A stretch of DNA of 62,000 nt, from the NCBI GenBank assembly GCA_013265495.1, contig MU058769.1, positions 270,477 through 332,476 of the forward strand, written 5' to 3'. Below the pieces are notes generated by a model, which did no database searches, was not told the DNA's origin, and saw only the letters and a list, made by a program, of their open reading frames with translations. How positions within the stretch are numbered: position 1 is the first letter of the stretch; the number at the start of each line of letters is the position of its first letter. Positions 45,341 through 62,000 of this stretch are shown here, one piece after another. This DNA comes from Vicugna vicugna (taxonomy: Eukaryota). The translations under genes were made by a program, and so were the position numbers.

Positions 45341-46720
45341 ACATCTCAGTGGAAGGTGAAATAACCGGTCCTTAAAAGGAAGAGGAATGTGTATGCCTAT
45401 CGGGGCAAGCACGATGATGCCTGCTCAGCCGCATGTCTCTCCCTTGCTGAAAGTCTAGATTTTGACAGATGTCTCCCTTCCAAGCATTCAGGGGATGAAT
45501 CTCATTGGTCTTGCCAATCATGGTATTTCCGTTCTCCTGGCCAATAGGACTTGAGGGGGCCCTTGGGAGAGATTTTGTTTTTCTTCAGTGTCAAGTTCAC
45601 ACGTGATGACTGGAACAGCTGCAGCCATGTTGCAACTGTGAGGAAAGAGATCCTCAACCACTGAGGATAGAGCAGCAGTGTGAAGGGGTAGGAAACTCTT
45701 GATGAATCATCCAGCCCTGGGTCTGTTTTAGAACTCTTTGTTCAGTCTACTTTGACTGGGTCTTCTTGTCACTTGCTGCTAGATGCATCCCTAACTGAGA
45801 CTCCGGTGGAGCCACACTAACTATAAGAAATGGAGAGTACAGAGCAGGCTGACTGCCCGTGCTCCCATCACCACCTTCTTGTGCACTTGGGAGAATAAGT
45901 GGTGTCTCTTTGAAGGACAAGCGTCCTCAGGGAAGAGCCATGTTTCAGACAAGCAGAGGGGCAAGGATAATCTGAGCCAAGGGTGGCCCGGGGCCTTGTG
46001 CAAAGCAGGGCATGGGGAGTAGTGCAAGGGTGGTCAGGAAGAGGAAGCACTCTGCTGAGTGGAGAAGGGTGGATGCTCACTGAGGCCTGCCAAGGATGAC
46101 AGGATGTGAGCAATGGCACAGTCAGCTGATCTCAAGGTTGCAAACGAAGCCCTGCGGCTGTCAGAGGTTGACTGTGGCCAACAGACCTTCACCTCATGGA
46201 AGGACAAGTAGCAGCCCTGGTGGGTGGGCGAAGTCAGGCATCTCTGGATGGAGCCAGCTGTGGTCAGGACTGAGCCTCTGGAAGGAAATTCCAGCTCCCT
46301 AACTAGCCCTCTAATTACTGTCTCGCCCCTCTCTCTCTTCCCTTGTGCAGTCAAGCTTCATGGGAAAGTTATACACATTCTCTGTCTTCCCTTCCTCATC
46401 TTGCCAGTACACTGCCAGCCGGCTACTGCTCCCATCAGTCCAATGAAACTGTTCTGGCCCATGTCACACATGCCCTCCTAGGTGCCGAGAATGATGGCCT
46501 GCCCCTGTCCTTCTCTCACTGGTGGCTCAGCTGTATTCAGCACTGCTCTTCCGCCCGTGGACTTTATGGTTCCTCTCTCCCGGCCTTCCTCCTGCCTGCC
46601 TGGGTGCTCCTTCTCAGACTCCTGTCACCACAGGCTACACTTACTGTGTAACCTCGTCCACACCCAAGGCATCCCAGGGCAAAGCAATGTACTCTGGTGG
46701 TTAAAACTATGGCCTCTAGT

Positions 46721-46848
46721 GGGGAGGGCATAGCTCAGTGGTCAAGCACATGCTTAGCATGCATGAGGTCCTGGGTTCAATCCCCAGTACCTCCTCCAAG
46801 AATAAATAAACCTAATTACTTAATTACCAAAAACAAAACAAAACAAAA
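46721..46848 (+). mobile_element. tRNA-derived Vic-type (camelid) SINE
   Basis: GGGGAGGGCATAGCTCAGTGG...GGTTCAATCCCCAGTACCTC, (AAAAC)n tail. Confidence 0.88.
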
Positions 46849-46959
46849 CATGACATCTGGGGCCAGGCCACCTGGGCTCAGCTCCTTCCCCACTACTTGG
46901 TCACTGTATGACATCCGCACCCCCACTAAGATGCAGGTCATTATCCTTAGCCCACCCTC

Positions 46960-48320
46960 TTGGGGAGCCACTGTCCTGTTTTTTGCCGTGGTAGTTTTGT
47001 TTTGTCTGCTCTGGAATTCACATAGATGGAATAAAACAGGATATACTTATAAGTCTGGCTTCTTTTACTCACCATGGCTTGAGATTCATCTGTGTTGCTG
47101 TATGTCCACAGAGTGTCCATTTTTATTGCTAAGTAGTATCCCGCTGTAGAGATGAACCGTAGTTTTACTTATCCCCCTTTTTTAAAATGATAGATGCCTG
47201 GGCCATAGCTGGTTTTTGGTTAGTATGAAGAAAACTGCATTGAACATTCTTCTTCAAATCTTTCTGTGAGCATACGTTTTCATTTCTCTTTTTTTTTAAG
47301 TGAAGTATGGTCAGTTTACAATGTTGTGTCAATTTCTAGTGTACAGCACAATGCTTCAGTCATACATGAACATGCATATGTTTGTTTTCATATTTCATTT
47401 CTCTTGAATAAATAACTTGAAGCATAATTGCTAGGTCACTGGGTAGGTATGTGCTTAGTTATATAAGAAATTGCTACACCTTGTTCCAAACTAATAGCAC
47501 ACTTTACATTCCCAGCACTGTATAAGAGTTCCAGTGGCTCTACATTCTCACTAGCATTTGGTACTGTCAGTTTCAAAAATTTGACCGTTTTGGTGAGTAC
47601 GGAGGATTATCTCATAGTGATTTCAATTTGCATTTTCTTGAAGGCTAAAGATATTAAACACTTTCCATGTGCTTATTTGCCATTCACATAGCTTCTTTTG
47701 TGATGTATCTGTTCAAATCTTTTGTTCATTTTTTTAAAATGCAGTGTCTTTTTATTGCTGTGTTATAGGAAATTTTTAAATATATTCTGGATACCAGTGC
47801 TTTGTCAGATCAATAATTTGCTTAGCTTTTTGGCTTACTTATTATTTTCTTAATGGTGTCTTTTGATGAGCAAAAATTTTTAATACTGATATTTCTTTTA
47901 TCAAATTTTTTTCTTTTATGGTTATGGCTTCTTATGACATAAAAAAATTTTGCCTACCTTCAAGTCGTGAAGCTATTCCTTGTTTTCACCCAAAAGCTTT
48001 ATGATTTCAGCTTGTATGGCTTAGGCCTATGGTCCATCTTGAATTAATTTCTGCTTATGGTGTGAGGTAGGACTCACAGTTCAGTTTCTCCCATCTGGAT
48101 ATTCGGTTCCTCCAGCACCGTTTGTTGAAAAGATACTCCTTTCCCCAGTGGTTTGATTTGACATCTGTGTCAAAATTAAATGCCCTTTAGGTATGAATCT
48201 ATTCCTGGTCCTCTGTTCTGTTCCATGGATCTGTTTATCAATTCGTATGCCAGTATAATAGTGTCTTGCCTACTGAAGCTTTAAAGCCTTGACGTCAAGT
48301 ACAGAAGTCCTCCAACTCTG
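46960..48320 (-). mobile_element. Old L1 (L1M-type) fragment
   Basis: Antisense L1 motifs 'ttacattcccagca..tgtataagagttcca', 'ccagcaccgtttgttgaaaaga', 'tatggtgtgaggtaggg'. Confidence 0.85.
47291..47392 (-). mobile_element. Younger 5'-truncated L1 3' end nested in the older L1
   Basis: Poly-T then 'gaagtatggtcagtttacaatgttgtgtcaatttctagtgtacagca'; perfect 13-bp TSD TTTCATTTCTCTT (47278-47290, 47393-47405). Confidence 0.8.
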
Positions 48321-49625
48321 GGAGTTTCACCTTTTATTAGCATTGGGATTTTTAAAAACTCCCCAGGTGATTTTAATGTGCCACCAAAATTTGAGACCTT
48401 GAGACCATTCTAATGTGAGCCACAGTTTCTAGAGCCAGTTTTCCTGTCACTATCCCCTAGGCCAACATGATAAACGAATTAGTATACTTGATCCTGCCTC
48501 CTTAGTCTGGAATCCTCTTTCTCTTCAGCTCAATAGCAGGTACATCAAAGACTTCATCAATTTCTTACTTAGCTTCCCACTACTTCTAGAAAACAATTCT
48601 AAATCCTTAGTTAAGCTAAAATCACCCTTTGTGATTAGGCATCCTGATACTTCATCCATTATCCTCCCCTATAAATACCTTAAACTTCACCCACATGGTA
48701 TTTGCTGTTCCCCAAACGTTTTCAACTTCATGCCTCAACACCTTTTCCTGTCCTCCAGCCTAACACGCACTTTCCTCCCGGCATTATTTGTCATCTCCTT
48801 CCTCTCTTTCAGTACGAAGCCTGGAATCCTCCACCCCGCCCTGCTTTGACCCTCCTTCCTGGAACAGGTATCCTGCCCTGGTTCCCATGGCCCTCTGCGC
48901 CGTGTACCATTATCATAGGCATTAAGGTACTTAGTTGTAATTGTCAGTCATCTTGTTGCACAACTCCACTAACCGGTACACGTTTTGAAGGCTGAGACTG
49001 TGTGTTTCCATCTCATGTCCCTAGTGCCTACCAGTGTACCTGGCACGTATGAGGTACCTAATAAATGCTTATTAGATGAATGAAAACTGGGCTCCAATTT
49101 GCACTGTGATTTGGGGCAGATTCCTCAGTCCTTCTGAGCCTCTAATTCCATATCTGCTAACTTGAAATTACACCTATGCCACAGGATGGTTATAAGACTT
49201 ACATGAGCGAATCCATTTAAAATCCACTGCATGGACTTGCCACATGGTAAGCACTCAATAAATCTTGGTTCTCCTCCCGCCTTCCACCAGGCCCTTCAGA
49301 GACACGCTTCCTACAAACACTTCTTTAGCTGACCGCTAGGTGGTGTCAGTCTCTGGCCTGACATTCAGTCCCAGAGCTGCTCCCTTAATGCCCCATCTCA
49401 GTGCCTGTTAGATTCACACAGGAAAGGGAGAAGTTTAATCATTTGCTGGGAGAGCCAGAAAAAGGTGATATCCTTTCCTCCACCAATTTCTTTGCCTACT
49501 GTCATCATTCTTGTTATCCTGATCACAGACCGCCAAGAATTCCTCTTTGACTTCCCACTTTTTCGTTATAATTCCAACCCAAGCATTTGAAGATGGAAAA
49601 AGCTTCTTAAGAATAGAAGTAGGGA

Positions 49626-49763
49626 GGGGGGAGGGTATAGCTCAGTGGTAGAGTGTGTGCCCAGCATGCACGAGGTTCTGAGTTCAACCCCCAGTACCTC
49701 TGTTATAAATAAATAAGTAAATTAATTACCTCTCCCCACCCCTCCAAAAAACTAAATAAATAA
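49626..49763 (+). mobile_element. tRNA-derived Vic-type (camelid) SINE with perfect TSD
   Basis: GGGGAGGGTATAGCTCAGTGGTAGAG...; 17-bp TSD AAGAATAGAAGTAGGGA at 49609-49625 and 49764-49780. Confidence 0.92.
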
Positions 49764-51849
49764 AAGAATAGAAGTAGGGAAAAAGAGAAGCTGAGGCAGA
49801 GAGGGATTGCATATGGGGACTACAGGAGAAATACAAAGATGCTTACAGTCACATCCTGATTGTCTCCTCTGCCAGCACAGGCATGCCTAGTCCTAACACT
49901 CCTGTCAGCTTCCCCACGAAGCAGTCAAGAGGTCCTAACACTGGGTGGATACAAAGAAGTAAAAGACATGATCCCTGCTGACATGACCCCTGCCCTTAAG
50001 GAGTTTGTGGTCTGATGGTGGACACAGAACCCACGAAGTTAAGTGCTAAATTCTAAGTACTGAGACTATCTTGAGGGCAAGTTTGGGAGAGAAGAGATGG
50101 GCAGAGTGAGAATAACAGGAGAGCCTCGGTGGTGAGGGGAGGAGGAGGCGGAGAGAAGAGTGCAGTTAGAGGCTCAGGCAGAAGTGTGCATTCTCTAGTC
50201 TTATAGAGACAACCTCAGCGCTTCACACACTGTAAGAAATAACCCAAGGGCCCAATAATCCCAGGAGACTGTGGACTATCCAGGCAAGGAGATTCCAAGT
50301 AGCCAGCAAAAAGAGTGAGCCAGATGTGTGTGTACAATGTGGAAAGGGATCAAGAGGAGTTCGTTGAAAAAAGCAAGTTATGGAACAATATATACTGTAT
50401 GAGCTCATTCGTGGTTTTAAAAGATGTTTATTTATATTTGTTTGTCATTAAAAAAAAAAACCCAATAACCTCTTGGAAGGAGACCCCAGGAACTCTTAGT
50501 AGTGGTTATTCTGAGGGTGGGACTGAAGAATGGGAGTGTAGAGAGTGGCAACTTTACTTTTCACCTTGTACCTTCCTCTACTCTGAGTTTTTCAACCACT
50601 AAATATTACCATTTTTTACAATGTAAAGTTAATAAAAATAAATACAGAGTGAGAAGTGTCGATATGCTGAGTGAGGCCAGATATTGGAAGGCCAGGACTG
50701 GGAGAAGAGTTCACATTTGACTCCACTGTCTGTAGACACCCAGTAGAAGTTTGCCAGCCAGGAAGAGACACAGGGAGAGCAGTTTGAGGCAGACCCACCT
50801 GTGTAACGGGGAGACGAATGGGACAGCCCCTCCCAACCCTGTCAGGCTACGTGAGCTCACTCCAGCTAGCTGTTTCCTTTCAAAGCTGCCTGAAGTCTGT
50901 TTCAATCTGATTTCACTTGGATGACAATATGGGCAGGGGTCCTGGGAGAGGAAGGAACTTAGTAGGCATTCATTAAAAACATTTAGTGAGCCCCTGCCTG
51001 TGTGTCCTGCACTGTGTTAACCGGTGAGGTCTGGATGAAAGGATGAATAGGACCCCACCGGGCCCAGAGAAATGCTCTGGCAGTGAAAATGAAGGAAATC
51101 TGAGCTCTATTTCAAAGGGAAAAATTACAAACCTTGAGCACAGGCTTGCAAGATTGGATACAGGAGAGAAAGGCCCAGAAGACGAGTTGGCAAAAAGTCT
51201 GAGGTTTCTAGCCTGGGAGACTAAACGCAGGTGGCCCTGGCCCTGAGCAAAGCGAGCTCTGAGGACGCTCTGGTTTGGAGGAAAGGTCTAGCGCTTCTGG
51301 ATTCCTCTCTTGCTCTCATTGCCATCAACAGACAAGTCCTCCACGCTGCTCTGCTTTCTGCCAGGGCCAGGCTGGAGTGAGGATTGGGGCCCTTCCTTGA
51401 CTAGAATTTTAAAAGGGAGAAGGGTGGTGCAACCCTCCCTCACCTCTAATGTCAATTCTGGCAGGCAGCGTTGCTTGCTGTCTCCCTGAACTCTGATTTC
51501 CCAACACCAGAAAGTCAGACACCCATGGTACAGCCTTAAAACACCACCCAGAAGGAGGCAGTGGCCAGAAGCACATTCGCTGGGTTCTGGGAACCCCCAG
51601 CGCCCTGTGGATTCAAAGCAGCATTCCCTTATGGGGACAAAGGTCCGGCACTCAGCAGACACCTTAGAACTCGAGGCCTGGAAACAGAGGTCTTGAGTCC
51701 CTCATCTTATTCCAAATCTCTATTGCTCGGAATCTAAAACCCTGACTTGGTGGGAAGCCAGTCAGAAGATATAAAAAACCAAAACACCAAACAGGAAAAT
51801 AAATGAGCCCCGACCTCTTGGTAAGAAGAAGAGGGTGGCCCTTCCTCAA

Positions 51850-52970
51850 CCCCACCCGCTGGTGACTCACCTCCCTCCAAACCAGGGCCTGCCCCTCCCG
51901 CGCCCGATGCCAGGCGAGCAGGGCGGGGCGGGTACTAAGGTGGGCTCCATCCCCAAACCCTAGGCGGGCGGACAAGCTCCGGCGTGTCCCCGCGGGTGTC
52001 CCTGTTTACTCCAAGCCCGAGAGCAAGGTGGGGGCGGGCCTTCTCGGCCCCTCCCCCACCCCGCCCCCCTCCGCCGCAGGCCCCAATCCAGGTCCCGGTT
52101 CTACAAAGTCTCTAAATCAAAGCTCAGCCTTTCCCCGTATCTTCCCCGCGGACTGGCAGTCCCCGCCCCCACCCCAGGCTGGGGAGGCACAGTCAGGGTT
52201 CCCAGAGGAAATCAGGCTTCGGCCCAGATCTCCAGGTCTTGGAGCCCCAGACAGAGCCTGAAATTCTAGGGCATGACACCAAGTTTCAAAGAGAAGCCGC
52301 TCAGCTCTCCTCGCCCCCTGCCCAATCCTCACCCCATCAGCTCTCTGGAGCTCAAGGGAGAAAGGCCCAGTCAGGGGAGAGGACGCTCCAGGCCCGAAAC
52401 CCGACAGCGGGGCCCCGGGACCCCGGATCTCCGACCGCTTGCCAGAGCTCCAAATCTTGCTGCTTTGACTCCCCCTCCCCAGGGCAGCGCGCCAAATCGG
52501 CGCATGCGCACTTCCAGGATTGCCGCGTAGCTCTTTCTACCCCCCTCCTTTTTTTCTTTCCCCGCCCCTTCTCTCCCTCCCTCCTCTCCCGGTCCCCTCC
52601 CTCTCCCCCCCTCAGCCCGCCCCGCTGCCCCTCAGGCCAGGGAACAGTGGTGCGAGCTCCAGGCCCGTGCACTGAGGAGGCGGAAACGAGGGGAGCCAAG
52701 AGGGGGAAAAGAGGAACGAAGAGAAAAGCAGGGGGTGAAAGGTTTGGATTTGGGGGCAGGGGGCTCACCCCTGTCTGCAGGCCCTCCTCAAGGGGCCCCG
52801 AACTCTACCTCTTCACCCACGCCCCTGGTGCGCTTTGCTGAAGGATAGGATAAGAATAGAGGAGGAGAAGAGGGGGAGGAGGAAAAAGGGGGGCCCCCCA
52901 ATTGGGGGGGCGACGGCGAGAAGTAACAGGACCAGAGGGGAGGGGGCTGCTGCTTGCATCAGCCCACACC
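51850..52970 (+). promoter_or_regulatory. LRP1 CpG-island promoter and 5'UTR (TSS approx. 52640)
   Basis: GC boxes (51920-51931, 52031-52038), AP-1 TGACTCA 51863-51869, NRF1 GCGCATGCGCA 52500-52510 followed by ETS-like CACTTCC, long pyrimidine tract. Confidence 0.8.
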
Positions 52971-61521
<8,551 letters not shown>

Positions 61522-62000
61522 TGAGCTCCCTCAGCCTCTATACCCCCAAGCCTGCCAGAGACAATGCTCTCTGGGCTGACAGCTTCGCGGGAAGGAGAGA
61601 GCCCAGCCTCCCTTCCCTTCCAACTCTTCCCTCTTCTTCCCACTGCTGAGCCTCCTGATGGCTGATGAATGCCCCCAGGTCTCGCCAGCAGGCCTTGCCT
61701 CCCCTTCCTGTCCTCAGGCTCCCAGGCCAAAGGCCACTGGCTCCAGCTCACTCCGTGCCAGAAGCCCCACCCCCGAGCATTTCCCGCTCTCCCCCCGCCC
61801 CCCGCCCCCTGCCCTCAGTAAGTGGTGTAATCAGAGGCAGCTGTTTAAACTGGGAGAAAGGTCCCCACCCAGCCTTTACCCTGCCAGTGGGGGGTGGAGG
61901 ACTTGCTGGCAGGACCCTAGAGTCCTGGGCAGCCGGCAGAGTCAGGGGGTCTCCACCTTCAGCCTCTCCCCTGCGTGGCTAAATCTGCGCCGGGCTCTAA

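Noticed and set aside
49626..49700. tRNA-like sequence with A and B boxes (also at 31757 and 46721)
   Set aside because: The A-rich tail and TSDs show these are SINEs, not tRNA genes.

Overview
Mammalian genomic DNA, most likely a camelid, inferred from three copies of a tRNA-derived Vic-type SINE. It covers the conserved block NEMP1(-) / NAB2(+) / STAT6(-) / LRP1(+). Reading splice sites by hand gave complete in-frame GT-AG models for NEMP1 (9 coding exons, 1329 nt, 442 aa), NAB2 (7 exons, 1578 nt, 525 aa) and STAT6 (non-coding exon 1 plus 21 coding exons, 2541 nt, 846 aa), plus the first two coding exons of LRP1. The rest is introns, CpG-island promoters, old repeats (L1, L2, MIR, MaLR and ERV1 solo LTRs, DNA-transposon MITEs) and a 54-nt assembly gap. 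Nearly all of the long six-frame ORFs are GC-rich noise. The strongest unexplained signal is a 111-bp, 93%-identical inverted copy of NEMP1 coding exon 1 on the far side of the NEMP1 promoter, so the promoter sits inside an inverted repeat. Other notable features: back-to-back poly(A) signals shared by NAB2 and STAT6, an in-frame cryptic acceptor that would delete the STAT6 SH2 arginine motif, a STAT6 uORF, STAT and EGR site clusters upstream of NAB2, a perfect 20-bp double AP-1/ARE palindrome in LRP1 intron 1, and an apparently shortened, ATG-free LRP1 5'UTR. Human comparisons and repeat family names are from memory and need alignment or RepeatMasker confirmation. I see no evidence for a new protein-coding system.
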